64,000 bases of DNA from Dipteris shenzhenensis. Lineage: Eukaryota. A program made the translations under genes and the position numbers. Every line of letters starts with the position of its first letter. Position 1 is the first letter of the stretch. The notes beneath the pieces are model-generated. The model saw only the letters and a program-made list of their open reading frames with translations. It was not told the DNA's origin and did no database searches. Positions 1-12,964 of this stretch are shown here, piece by piece. Location: NCBI GenBank assembly GCA_047967505.1, contig CM106538.1. One strand, written 5' to 3'.

Positions 1-466
1 TTATGTTGGAATCGGTTGATTCGGTGATTCGTTCAATCGATTGTTAATAACTAATGTAATTGGCGGCTTGAGTACAGGTGATGGAACTCATAGCGAGGAT
101 TGGAGTTAGTGCGAGGGTACCGATCAAGGTGTTGCACAGCGCATTATATATTGCCATGGGCCAATTTTGTATTTGTTTTATTATTGCAAGTGTGAGCAAT
201 ACATTTTGTTGAGGACATAATTCATTTTGGGACCTAAGATGGCTATGTAAAGCAAATCCCTCATTTTTGGATGAGAGGGATAATTTTGGCTCCTTGGTGC
301 TTTTATGAAATATCATAAATACTCTAGATGAGGAAGTGTGAGCCACTCATCTAGGGGGAGGAGATTGTACCCAGTCTGTTGTCGCTCTCATGGTGTGATT
401 GTGCTTTTTTTCTCCAATTGATTAAGTGGTGAATTTGTGTGTTGAAAAGATTACCTTTTGGTTTCA
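1..466 (+). mobile_element. 3' part of a 5' LTR (ends ...GGTTTCA), presumed to belong to the chromovirus-type Gypsy element
   Basis: CA at 465-466 is followed one base later by a tRNA-iMet PBS. The LTR start and partner LTR are not in the window. Confidence 0.6.
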
Positions 467-467
467 A

Positions 468-479
468 TGGTATCAGAGC
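468..479 (+). promoter_or_regulatory. Primer binding site, tRNA-iMet
   Basis: TGGTATCAGAGC, the canonical plant iMet PBS. Confidence 0.9.
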
Positions 480-1849
480 TCAGGTAACGCTCCTGTGAAG
501 GAAGAAGGCTACCTCGTGGCTCATGTGAGAAGTTAATAAGAAGTTTCTCTTATCAAGGACGAAGAAGAGAAAGTCCACGGAAGAAAAAGAAAGGGAAATT
601 CCGAGGCTCTAACCGTGGTCATTTTGTTGCACAAGAGGGAGCGGGTGCAGTGATAGAGAAGTTTTTATAGAAAAAAAATTCAGTGCCATGGTTTTGTGCA
701 ATCAACCTTGACCATTGCTCCTTGATAGCCGATGTGAAATTATGCAGTCCAATCTCCACTATCTCTGAAGCTCAGAGCTAGGCTTACATTAAAGCTTTGC
801 ACTGTCCAAAGCTCTGCACAGCGTGATAGCGCCCCACTTGCAGATGTCGCACTCTCGAAAAACTATATGCACCTCAGCTTCTGAGGATCTCCGCCATGAC
901 TGGACTCTGCAGCAAGCCTTCTGTTATCGCGAGCAGCCATGCATACTGGTCTTGTAGTCATCAATAGCACCGCCCTTGGAAACGTAGCCTTTGCAAAGAC
1001 CAGTCGCCTCTAGACTGCGCATATTTTCAATTTCAGCAGTGATGGATAGCAGCCGATGAGAGACCTTGGGAGTCTCTCTCTCACTTTGCCCACACACTCG
1101 TGAGAGTTCGTAGCATTGACGAGCAGACTCTTCTAGAGACTCTGTCTATGTCTGTGTGCACTCATCTACAGCTACTGCCAACCAACAGCTTGGGTCTCTG
1201 ACTCTGTGCGCTCTACAACCCTGCAGTCTCCTTACATAGTGGCCACCTCTTTTGTCTCTGCCAGCCTATGTAGCCACCTACTTGGCCTACTTCACCTCTA
1301 CTGCCGCTCTACGCACTTGATTAGCCTCTGCGTGTGTACTCATGAACAGTCGTCATGGTCGCACGAGGAACTCTACCATCACGGACTCTAGAGCACCATC
1401 GTGACTCGCATGCACACCGGGGATAGCAATCAACAGCGCGGTTGAACAGGGTACAAGGTTCAAAGGCCATATTTTAAATTTAAAAAAAAAGAGGAAAATG
1501 CAGCAAGCTACAAGGCTCAACAAGGTGATTGGAGCTCAACAAGGAGAAGACCACAGCCAAAATCTATAAGCTTGAATCAAGAAGGTGATTGGAACCACGA
1601 ATCACCGAGCAATTAATTGGAGATTGGTTGAGCACAGACGACTACAAGCGACATCATCAATCACATATCTCCCACTCTAGTCTTTTCTACCTCCAATCAA
1701 AGGAGCGAGATAAGTGATTTCTTTTGCTTTATATTTCATACACTTAGTATCTTCCGCCATCCATTTCTTATCATACACTCGAATCACGCTTTTTCATCTA
1801 TTTAATTCTCAGACACTTAGTATCCTTTATTTGTATTTATTGCATTATC

Positions 1850-4024
1850 ATGGCGCATCAGCCACAACCACCCATGCTCCAAGAGTAGCTAGACGCACTT
1901 CAGGCACAGTTGGTCGATGAGTGTGAGAATAGGGAGAGATTGGAAAAGAAAATCAATGGTAAGAAAAGGAAGAGACATTCATCTGACGATGATTCCGACG
2001 ATGATACTATTCATCTGACGATGATTCCGACGATGATACTATTATCAAGACAGTCAAAGCCACACTGAGAGCACAAAATTCGAGGAAGAAGAGTAAGATA
2101 AGTAGAAAAGCTTTCTCATTTCAAAATTTTGATGGAAAGAAAGAAGCATGCACTGTCTTGTCTTGGATCAGTCAGCTAGATGATTATTTTTTGGGGGAGA
2201 AATTCTCTGAAAAAGATAAGATTAAATGTGCTGCAAATCATTTAGTAGAGAGTGTTGCACTTTGGTGGAACATCACTAAGCACAGTAAAAGGCGACCAAA
2301 ATCTTGGAAATCTTTTCAAAAGCTCATCAAGAGAGATTTTCTTCCCTCACATTTCAAAGCAAAAGCTAGACAACAGTGGGATACTTTTAGGCAGTTTGAT
2401 AAGGAAACAATCTCCACATATACTGATAGATTTTGGCAAACGTTGATCCAATTACAGTCCTTAGAGAAAGTTAATGAGCGAGATCAACGCAGAAAGTATG
2501 TGGCAGGTTTAAAATCTAAGTTGAGAGCCGAGATTAACATGTTTCATCCTCGCTCACTGAGCTCATCAATTTCTCTTGCAATGAATTGTGAAAGGAAGAA
2601 TGGGATCCCAAAAGAAGGGAAAGATTCAGAATGGCATGTAAGAAAAAGAGATTTGATTTAAAAAAGCCTTTCTTTAAATCTAAAAATGGTTTTGCTCCAT
2701 AGAAGACAGATTCTTCTTCGAAGCCAAATGGTGGGAATTTTCCAAAGAAAGAAATAAGGTGTTTCAAGTGCAACAAGGTGGGACACATAGCCAGTGAGTG
2801 TCCTGAAAGAAAGAAGACCTCGATGGCAAAAGTGCACATGATTGACGACAAAGCAACCAAGCAACAGGGAGGTAAGTATAATTGTCATGCTCTTCTAAAG
2901 ATGAAATGTTTCATTAATGGCAAAGAAGTTGTTATTCTGCATGATGATGGTAGTACTTATGATTTCATTTCGGAAAGAACCTTAGCAAAGCTAAACCTAG
3001 AGTCTTTCCCATCTATTTATAAGGTCAAAGCTGCTTTTACCAAAACAAAGTACAATTGTACTAGAGAAGTCAAGAATCTTGAAATCTCAATCAAACCCTA
3101 CAAGGATACACGAGACTTTCTAGTGGCACCCCTACAGGGAGTGGACATTATCTTAGGAATGCCATGGAGACATCAACACAATCCTAAGATAGACTACGAT
3201 TCACATCAGATGTGGATTGAGAAGGACAGACAAGAAATATGTCTAGAAAGCTCAATGAAACCTGAGATTAGTCCTTTACTCAACCACACACAAGCCAAAA
3301 GAGCAATTAGAAAACGTGAGAAGACATATCCGATTTTGGTGAATACAGTAACAGCTACTCAGCCAAACACTAAGCCTATGCACCAAAAGTTTCTTTCTCA
3401 ATTTTTTGATTGTTTCTTAGAGGATTTACCACCTGGACTACCATGTTCTCGACCTGAAGATCATAGGATAGAAATCCTATCGGGCAATACTCCTCCTTGC
3501 AAAGCTCCTTATAGAGTTAATCAACTAGAACAAAAGGAAATTCAAAAGCAAGTGGAGGAACTGATAGAGAGAGGATTAATAAGACCCAGTAGTTCTCCTT
3601 ATGGAGCACCTGTCTTATTAGTCAAAAAGAAAAATGGAACCTACCGAATGTGCATAGACTATCGTGCACTGAAAAAAATCACAGTGAAGAACAGATATCC
3701 AATCCCTAGGATTGATGATCTTTTGGACAAATTGAAAGGAGCCAAGGTCTTCAATAAGATAGATCTAAAATCCAGCTATCATCAAGTTCGTATGGTAGAA
3801 GAGGATATATACAAGACTGCCTTTAGAACTCAAACGGGACATTATGAGTTCTTAGTTATGCCTTTTGGGCTAACTAATGCTCTAGCTACTTTTAGTAGAA
3901 TGATGAACCGAATCTTCCTTAAACACCAAGATTGTGTGGTAGTATTTTTTGATGATATTCTGGTGTTTGGCAAAGATGTTGAGGAGCATAAAGAACATCT
4001 AAATCTAGTCTTTTCACTCTTGAA
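1850..4024 (+). pseudogene. Ty3/Gypsy gag-protease-RT, 5' part, degenerate and interrupted
   Basis: Retrotrans_gag-like ORF 2158-2661, [14 protein letters not shown] zinc knuckle, protease-like ILHDDGST...[10 protein letters not shown] motifs [26 protein letters not shown] and FFDD. Contains stops and frameshifts, and RT breaks off at HLNLVFSLL. Confidence 0.93.
1977..2040 (+). repeat. 32 bp perfect tandem duplication in gag
   Basis: ATTCATCTGACGATGATTCCGACGATGATACT x2. Confidence 0.9.
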
Positions 4025-4054
4025 CATAGTATTAGATAAAGTGGGACAAAAGTT

Positions 4055-4365
4055 GCATTTTGGGAATTTTGAAATTGGGTGAATTTCATTAAAATTGGGA
4101 AAGGCTTCATTAAATTTGGGAAAATTTCCATTGATTGTGGGAATTTTACCAATATTGAATTAGCTAATATTTGGAATTCCAATGATTATGAAAAAATTCA
4201 TTGGTTGTGAAACAGTTCATTGCGTATAAAAACCGGAACAAAGCATTTGTGGCAGAGTTTGAAAATCATGTATTTGGTGGTGTTAATAAACACCGTCTAG
4301 GGACAACATGTATATTTTACTTGAGGTGTTAATAAACACCAGTTGGTGGTGTTAACAAACACCAT
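4055..4365. repeat. Left subterminal repeats of the giant element
   Basis: ~21 bp degenerate units (TTCATTAAA(A/T)TTGGGAAA) and three GGTGTT-N4-AACACC mini-palindromes near 4279, 4325 and 4349. Confidence 0.7.
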
Positions 4366-4545
4366 GCATAGTGAGTTCCACTAGAAACAAAGCAGTTGTT
4401 GGTGAAGGTCAGCTTCTGAAAATTGTCATATTAATAATATGCAAATACCCATTGACAAGATAACAACAATTGAGAAACATCACATGAGAACACACCTTAC
4501 AATGGAAGTTTGGGAGATTAAGAGGGAGAAAATCAACACCATTTT

Positions 4546-7500
4546 CTATGCTCTGATACCAAGCAAGCTCTCCTGTGCTTTGATACATACGCTCTGTGGA
4601 ATCTTGATCTTCTTGGGTCTATTTATGGATTTTGATGTCCATGACCAGACAATTGCATCAATACACTCCCATACCTGTGCATCCAACCTATTCTCTACCC
4701 AATACTTGTTCCAGCAATCAACATAGACATCTGCATCACTGAGCCCCTTTCTCTTAACTGATGGTGTCCAATACTGAATTAATAATTTCTTGAAATTAGG
4801 AGCAGCAGCATCCATGTCGGCACTTGATATGGCAACCCCAAGCCATATGGGGTATATAGGATCTGATGGCCTCACCAAGATGAAGTCACCTTGCTTAACA
4901 TCCACATTGGTCTAAACTCTTCCCTCAGCTTACCCTTTAGAGGCCCACAATAGTGATCATTCCATTTCTCATAGCCTTGGAAATCATTAATTCAAGCATC
5001 TATATCATCCTCCTCATCAGGAGATTATGTTCTTGGCCAAAACTCTCTGTACACTCCTATCTCTGAGATGTTTTCCTGTTCGAGCTCACCGATCATGGTT
5101 TTCCAATAGTCTATCACTGGCCTAATGTAGGACTCATAGGATGCATTCTTTCCACTTGCACATCTCTCCCAAAATTTAATGCAATCCTTTATCCCTGATA
5201 TTACTTGCAAGTGATCTCTCACAAATGCAGCCATTGGCAGTATATCCGGACAACCTGTTGGCAATAATGATTGACCCTCACTATCTTTCTTCCATAGCTC
5301 AATTCCCCCTTCAATGGGCATCCACCAATTCGGTGATTTTGGATGCACCTTGTATTGCATCATTGGTTTGTCACCTTGCATGTAAAATCGAAATTGTAAT
5401 GGCTTTGCATGTCCAACTAGCATTTCTTGCCCATCACATAGGTAGCCATCCACATAATCCTTGAAGTTAGGAACTCGTGTAAGAACAAATGGTGCCGGTG
5501 AAGATGATGTACATTTTTTAAATGTATCCATCAGATGCAGGAAAGTGAATGTTTGTCCCACCTGCAAGCTCTCAGAAAACTTGCTAAACATTGCATCAAT
5601 GTCCTCATGTGTGTGCCCTACCATCAAGAAGCCCAATTGAACTGTCTTGAAAATGCCCCTTGCTACAAGAAGAGAAAGGTATGCAAACAAGTATCTATTT
5701 TTGTTCTCAGACCCACAATTATCTAGTTGGAGTAGCAAGTTCTCTGGCAACTTTTGGAATGGTGGCTCAATAGCAACACTCCCCTCTAAAGAAGGTGGGT
5801 TTTCTCTTGTATTTGACGGAAAAAAATTCATACATGTGTCTGTAGCCCTTGCAATGGAAGTTGTCATGGCCTCCGTGACAGACTTCAGGTCACTTTCCGA
5901 TACAGTTTCTAGATTTGCATTTGTGATCGTGACATCTACATTTTTAGACAAGCTAGCTCCACTTGTGGAAACATGTGCACCTTTAGAACTGTAATGGGAG
6001 TCCAAAGCATTTCCTGAACATAGAGCATTCAAAAGGCGAGCGTTGCTTCTAGGAATCCCATTAGTAGCAAGGTCTCCAAGGTCATGCATATCCATCCTCT
6101 CGAGGTTGTGCAAACAAATTGAGAGCGATCCAATCATCAGGTTGGGATCAAATGGCCACAAACCATTGAGGGTGAAGTGTCCATAATGACCGTTTCCATG
6201 CCCATGGGTAATCATTCCAATGAGTGAAACCTGTAATTGCCATGTAGAATCGGTGTCCTTGGACCTCACCTGAAGTCTAGGAATTGCCGCCTTTTTTTGG
6301 TCCATCTTATCATGGATTATGCATACATACTTTTTTGGATCCATCTCGGAGTACCTACGCCATGCATAGTATAGGTTCCTACAACTTTGTTGCTGTATCA
6401 TATGCATCTTTCTCTCTTCCATCAGCGAATTGCACTCATCTTGACTTTTTGTGGCTACCAATTGAGCCTTGATCCTGCTGCACAAGCTACATTTAGAGAA
6501 TTCACTCGTCTTAGCAAGGGCTACATTTTTTAAGTCTGATTTCCAAATCCTGCCAAATGTGGATGTGGATAGGCTCTAATAACCACGTTGGTTAAGTAAG
6601 TGTTGACCTCACGTAGGACATCTATCTTCTTATACACTTCAGGTATCACTTGCTGTGTCTCTCTAGAACCATCCTGCATGGTTCTACTCTTGCGAGGCAT
6701 ATGCTCTGTGCTATTATCCACAAAGTGTTGAATGAGAGCCCTTCCCATACCTATGTGCTCCCTGCTCCTCCTCATAATCCCTGAATTGCCATGCACATAT
6801 CGCTGCACACCACTCTCAAATTACTCCCTGTATCAATAAATTGATGTTCTTGGAATTCCATGCATCTCATACCATGCTCTACAATAGACATCCGGACCGT
6901 TTATCCTGAAGTTATAGCATATCCTCCCTGTGTAGTCATGATGCCAAGCTGTTGACAACACATCGTATATAAAGTTTGTACGAGACTCCAAGGAGCTGCC
7001 CCAAAAGTTCTTCCTTAGATTCATTAAGAGATCTCGCTCTGCATGTTGGCAACACCTACTCCCACAACAATCAATGGAAGAAACCTGCTACACTGAATCT
7101 AGTGACATTTTGTACATTGGTGTTGGAGGCTCTCTTTGTTTAGGCACCCTATTAATGAAATTGTACCTTCTTTTCTTTGATGTTGGATCATCCCTTTTCA
7201 ACATTTGATCATTGACCAACTCATCTCTACCAGCAACATGGTCCATGGGCACATATTGTTGCAATGGGCTTCCTTCAAGTAAGGTAATCTATTTGATGGG
7301 CCACTTTACTAGGCTGAGAGATCCGACATCTTGCATAGAAGACCCTAAGTCACTTCGTCTAATTTGTTCTTTCTTTTCAATACCCACACCAATGCAATCG
7401 TTACCCAATAGGTCAAAGTTTATAGAGTCTCTCGGGAAAACATATAAGATCACACCTTCCCCACGGACTTTGTTTTGCTCTCATCCCATAAGACAACCTT

Positions 7501-7881
7501 TTTCTCTTTCCAAGATTCACGAATGAAATTGTCAGTTTCCAATGAAGAAACTGGCATTGCCTCAACATAAGGTCGCTCATGCTCACTTGGTGCAGCTTCT
7601 TCAGTTATCGCATCATCTAAAGAATCACCAACATGTTTTAGAGAGCCCTTAGGCCACTTGACAACGCTCCAAATTGCCTCACCAACAAGCACTGCATCCA
7701 TAGTGGGAAATGGCAAGAGCATTTCACTATTGATAGACTTCTCCACTATCACCGATACATTTTTTTTCCCAATCTTCACACCACTACAGTAGGCCTCTAG
7801 ATCTATTGCACACACTCCACCAATTCCAACCACTTCATTCCCCACCATCATCATGACCTTGTCCCCGCTTCGAATAGCCAT
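4546..7881 (-). pseudogene. Large DUF7869/Sola-like DDD transposase with two N-terminal TNP1/En/Spm-like domains; several stops and frameshifts
   Basis: ORF pieces 7881-7450, 7024-6833, 6808-6530, 6485-5025 and 4905-4546 join into one protein. Motifs CCGSRCC, CRAWYEMHGI, HGN, IIHDKMDQ, LQLDNCGSENKNRY, FLMVGHTHEDIDAMFS, and a C-terminal GDFILVRP...PIWLG...IQYW domain. Confidence 0.8.
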
Positions 7882-8250
7882 CCCCTGTCATTATGATTAT
7901 AGAGAATTAATTATGAACAAATTACAACCAAAGAATTTCATAAGACCATCAAACATGTCCTTCTAGAGGGGAAGAATGGCATTGGTGCAAATCTCTAGAA
8001 TGCATGAATGAGTCTATACAAAATTTTCATGAAAGCATGAATTATTTCCCTAAAAATTTTAGCAATTTGATACAACTTTTTCTAAAGCATGAATTATTTT
8101 CACCATTGTCATGACCTGATTCATGCATCTAATAGTAGCCATCCCCTCTCATTACGATGACAAGAAATTGATTATGAACAAACTACAACCAAAGAATTTC
8201 ATAAGACCAACAAAGTTGTCCTTGTAGCGGGGGGAGGATGGCACTAGTGC
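7876..8250 (+). repeat. Diverged ~110 bp direct duplication over the transposase start region
   Basis: AGCCATCCCCT...CAACCAAAGAATTTCATAAGACCA...ATGGCA at ~7876 and ~8137. Confidence 0.7.
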
Positions 8251-9054
8251 CATTCTCCATGTGGGATTGTGGAGAATGGCATTGGTGCCATTCTCCATGT
8301 GAATTCGGCTTTCCTATGGAGAATTGCATATCCCATCTTTGAAAAGGGGAATGGAACCAGTGCCATTCTCCCCATGCATTGACTTGAGAAAAACATTTGT
8401 CTTCATAAGATGAGAACAGACTAGTGCCATTCTTCCTTTGGAAGACAAAATTTTGACTTAGGACTTTGCGGATGCGTCAATTTTACGAGCAAAAACCTAT
8501 GAGCAGGTTTATCCGAGCGTGTTTTTCAAGAGATTTTTAAAAATATTTTTCTTTAGGAAACATGGTTTTTACACTTTTATTTTCACTAGAACTAGATCCC
8601 TTTATCATAAAAATATACAGACTAGTCACTCATTCATTTTTACACAACATAATTTTCTTATTTAGAGACATCCCTTTGTACCCCTGTTATTACCTTAAAA
8701 AAGTGTTGATTTCTTTAAGAAACATTCCTCATAATCACTCTCAATGTAATAATACTATGCATATATAATTACTTATTAACACATTTATATCATATGGCAA
8801 TATCTTTTTAGTGTTTTTATAGCATATTTATGGACATGTTTCTAAAGAAGTTTAAATTACTATAAATAAGTATTCACTTGGGCTTATATATCACTCTCAT
8901 AAAATACATGTAATATTCAATACTATATATGAAAGATTTTCCAAAATATAACTCCACAGATGTGCTCAAATGGGGTGTTCCGATCAATTTGAGTGGTTGA
9001 ATGACTATATTTGGACATTGGATATGAAAGTTATGTCACTTTTAAAAGTGCTGT

Positions 9055-9086
9055 CCAAGGTAGTTTCGCCAGCGAAACTACCTTGG
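9055..9086. other. Perfect 15 bp inverted repeat with 2 nt loop
   Basis: CCAAGGTAGTTTCGC-CA-GCGAAACTACCTTGG. Confidence 0.9.
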
Positions 9087-9494
9087 GAGACTTGCTTCAA
9101 AGGGGTTTCACTGGCGAAACTACCTGGATGGCTTGCTTCAATGAGTTTTCTTTGAAGAAACTCTTTCATGAAGATAGGTTGAGAGAGGGTTTTCAATGTC
9201 ACCCCCTATTAAGTAAAAGTTGTAAGAAGGATCATAAGGGAATTTTCATAGAGAAGTCTACTCTACATGTGGGTTTCTTTAAAAGCCATCCCATTATGCT
9301 CTCACCATTCCTACAGATTCACCTAAAGATTTTTGTATAAAATAGGCATTGCTATAATACTTTGCATATTTCTAAGTGAAACTATGTTTTCTTCTGATCG
9401 ATTTTTGCCATATTTATGCATAGTTGGAAGCTTTTTTTTTCCTTCGCTCGAACGCTCGGAAGATTTCGCTCAGAAAATGCTCATCCCCGGACTT

Positions 9495-10700
9495 TGCCTT
9501 GGGAGAATGCCAATGGTGCCATGCTCCCTTTGCAAAGCCAAAATTTTATATTAGGACATTGCAATGGGAGAATGGCACTGGTGCCATTCTCCCTTTATGA
9601 AGGCAAACTTTGAATCAAAACATTGCATTGGGAGACTGGCACTCATGCCATTTTCCCTTTGCAAAGCCAAGATTCTGAATCATGACATTGCAATGGGAGA
9701 ATGGCACTAGTGCCATACTGTCTTTGTGAAGTAGAAATTTTGAATCACGACATTATGGCATAGCCAAAGTTTTGAATCGAGACATTGCAACGGGAGAATG
9801 GCAGTGGTGCAAATTTAAAATTTAAAATTTTTGGCTTTGTAATAGGAAAATAGAGAATGGCACTAGTGCCATTCTCCCATTGGAAAATGGAGAATGGCAC
9901 TAGTGCCATTCTCCCAATGGAATGTCGTGATTCAAAATTTTGGCTTCACAAAGGTAGAAGGGCACCAGTGCCATTCTCCCATTGGAATTAGTGGAATGTC
10001 AATCTATAGGTTTAGTTTGTCTAGATTACCACTAGCGGAGAATGGCAGGGATGCCAATCTCATGCTGGCAACTACATAATGACACTGAGATCATCAAACT
10101 CACATGTGGAATGGAATCGGACACCACTCTCCTATGGTCACAGTCTCCGCTCTGTAGAGTTCATATGGATTTGTGTCAATCTCTGTGGAGAATGGCAGTG
10201 GTGCCAATCTCATACCATGACCTGAAAACATGCACAAGGAATCCTAAACTCACATGTGCATTTGCACTTTTGCCATTATCCTACTGTAGCCAATAAAATT
10301 AGTGGAATGTCAATCTATAGGTTTAGTTTTCCTAGATTACCACTAGCAGAGAATGGCAGTGATGCCAATCTCATGCTGGCACCTACATAATGACACTGAG
10401 ATCATCAAACTCACATGTGCCATTTTGACTCTGTGAAGCCATTTTGACTCTGTGAAGCCAAAACTTTGAATCTGGGAGAATGGCACTAGTGCCATTTCCC
10501 CTTTGCACAGCCAAGATTTGAATCGGGAAATCACAATGGGAGAATGGCACTGGTGCCATTCCCCCTTTGCAAAGCCAAAGTTTTGAATTGGGACATTGCA
10601 ATGGGAGAATGGAAGTGGAGCAAATTTAGAAATTTTTAGCTTTGCAAAATGGGGAGATTGGAGGATGGCAGTAGTGCCATTCTCCCATTGCAATGCCAGA
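9495..10700. repeat. ~64 bp minisatellite built on the GAGAATGGCACTAGTGCCATTCTC palindrome, with an embedded satellite block at ~9985-10420
   Basis: GGGAGAATGGCAC units near 9501, 9566, 9630, 9695 and again 10474, 10538, 10603. Perfect palindromes at 9853-9876 and 9889-9914. Confidence 0.85.
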
Positions 10701-10716
10701 ACTTGAGACCATAGAC

Positions 10717-10718
<2 letters not shown>

Positions 10719-10794
<76 letters not shown>
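10719..10794 (+). repeat. (TG)38 microsatellite
   Basis: Pure TG run of 76 bp. Confidence 0.97.
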
Positions 10795-10796
<2 letters not shown>

Positions 10797-11184
10797 AACA
10801 TGGTATTCATTTGAAACCATACACTATTTTACTTCCATTTATTCATATATGTGGTAAAGTTGATGGATATTACTTTATGAAACCTAGCTCATTATGTGAG
10901 TTTATTCACGTTAGTTTGGTTATGCTAGGTTGGTTAAGTTACAAATTTTTATGTTAGAGTATGTTTTTCTTGATCAAGGTCCAAGTAATGTAAAATTTGA
11001 AGGTGTAGATTGAATTAGTTGATGAGAATGTGATTTTTCTCCATGTTAAAAAAATTGTAATCATGCGCATCATTAGATCGCAAGCTATGGATTTTTTTAA
11101 AGGAAGATGAGAATAGGTTAAATAAAAGGCGTGAGGACAATGTAAAAAAGGAAGAAAATGAGTGTCGACAATGTAAAATAGAAA

Positions 11185-11420
11185 TGAAAGAAATGCATAC
11201 GTTAGATATGTTAAATGAAAGAAATAAAATAAATGCATAGGGAAAATATGTTAAATAAAAGAAATGCATAGTTTAGATATGTTAAATAAAAGAAATTCAT
11301 AGGTTAAGTATGTTAAACAAAATATATGCATAGGCTAAATAAAAGAAATGCATAGGTTAAGTATGTTAAACAAGATATATGCATAGGCTAAATAAAAGAA
11401 ATATTTTAAATAAAAGACAA
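11185..11420 (+). repeat. AT-rich degenerate tandem repeat
   Basis: Recurring AAAGAAATGCATAGGTTAAGTATGTTAAA-type units. Confidence 0.7.
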
Positions 11421-11974
11421 GCATAAGCTAAATACTTGATCGATATTACTTCAGTTGTGTGAGTTCTTTCATGTTAGCTTAGTTATGCTTTTGAAGCTTC
11501 CGAAGTAAAGGTCCAATAAAAGTAAATTTTTAAGTTGCAAACTGAATTAGTTGACGAGCATCTGCTTTTCTCTACATTTAACAAAAAATATCGGCTTTGG
11601 AAGCATTAGATCGGAAGCGTAGGTTATAATAAAAGGAGTGCATAGGTGGAAGAAAAGGAGTGGCATAGATTTAAAAGGTGGAAGAAAAATAGTAGCATAG
11701 ATTAAATAGCTGGAAGAAAAGCTTTAAGGGGACCTTTTGTGACCCCAAAATGTCCCTTGATGCTTTTAATTATACTTTTAAATTGCATTCAAAATTGATT
11801 CAGATATTATAAAACATTAGTAGCATTAGAAATAGATCCAAAAGACAAACTTGGTGTAGATGAACTACTACTACCCACGGTCTAGAGATCTAGATGCACA
11901 ATATGCTAAGATAATGTATAGAAAAGGAGCGGATGAAGGGCAGAAAAGGAGCTTCATAGATTAAATAGCTTCAC

Positions 11975-12795
11975 ACACCAAACACTATTTGTGTGTGGGA
12001 TGGAGATGGCATAGAACTGCTCCAAAAGATTCTCTACAAGAATATACCAAACTCTTGCTTTCTATGTGGGTTGGGTAGACACTTTATTAAGGAATGTCCC
12101 TCCTGGAATAGTCATATAAAGGAAAAAGAAGAGGAATAGTCATATAAAGGAAAAAGAAGAGGAAAAAGAATAGTCAAGACAAATTTTCATTCCTGAGTGT
12201 ATACATTCACAGAACATTAAATGACCTAAAACCACAAAATTTTAGAAGATGGTTGTGTGCTAGAGCACTCAATCCTGATTTCTTATCTCTTCATAGAAAG
12301 TCAAAGTAGGAGGCCTAAAAATAAGTTGGCAACTTAACTAGATTGATGACAAGAGAGTGTGGGTCTATATAGAACACAAAGAGGGTAGAGGGGGTGCAGC
12401 TTTGGGCATTGCTAAGCACCTAGTTCAAGAAATAGGGGGTTCTAACCAGCTTTTATTGCAATGCAGTAGGAATAGAATTCATTAACCCCTACCTAGTGTG
12501 CCAAATGTTTTTAGTCTACGCGCCTAACTCCGCAAGAGATAGAGCACTCCTTTGGAGTGGTAAGATTCTTCTTGAGACAATACTATTGTCTTGATTGATA
12601 CCTAAGAGGACACATCTTCACCTAGACAAAATTCAGATAGGTCATTTCCACAAAAAAGCTCAATTGGATAGAGCTTATTTCTCTAGAAGGATTTTGGCTA
12701 ACACCACTACTTTAACATCCCTCTTATTCTCTGATCATAAGCCAATTTTAATATCCCTTGAGAAGGGTGTAGGGAGGATTCTTAGATCCTAGTTT
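11975..12795 (+). mobile_element. Degraded L1-type LINE fragment (ORF1 zinc knuckle plus ORF2 endonuclease)
   Basis: QKILYKNIPNSCFLCGLGRHFIKECP near 12022-12100, then VYAPNSARDRALLW and LDRAYFS...SDHKPI APE motifs. Confidence 0.75.
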
Positions 12796-12964
12796 AATAA
12801 CAGTGATTTTAATAGGTTACATTAAAAAAAAGTGCATAGGTCGGATAGGTTAAATATATTAAACTTGTTAAATTTGTTTTTTAACGAAAAGCAAAAGGTT
12901 AAACTAATGAATGTAAAAAATTGAAAAACCCTATACCTTGTCTTTCATTTTGCTCATTGCCCTA

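Noticed and set aside
352-466. PPT-like AGGGGGAGGAGA plus a 101 bp TG...CA segment before the PBS (tandem or TRIM-like LTR)
   Set aside because: No second copy or TSD in the window, and it could be internal LTR sequence. Unresolved.
9055-9100. Helitron 3' end
   Set aside because: The hairpin is not followed by CTRR at the expected distance, and there is no Rep/helicase.
10343-10820. His-Thr repeat proteins
   Set aside because: Translation of the (TG)n microsatellite.
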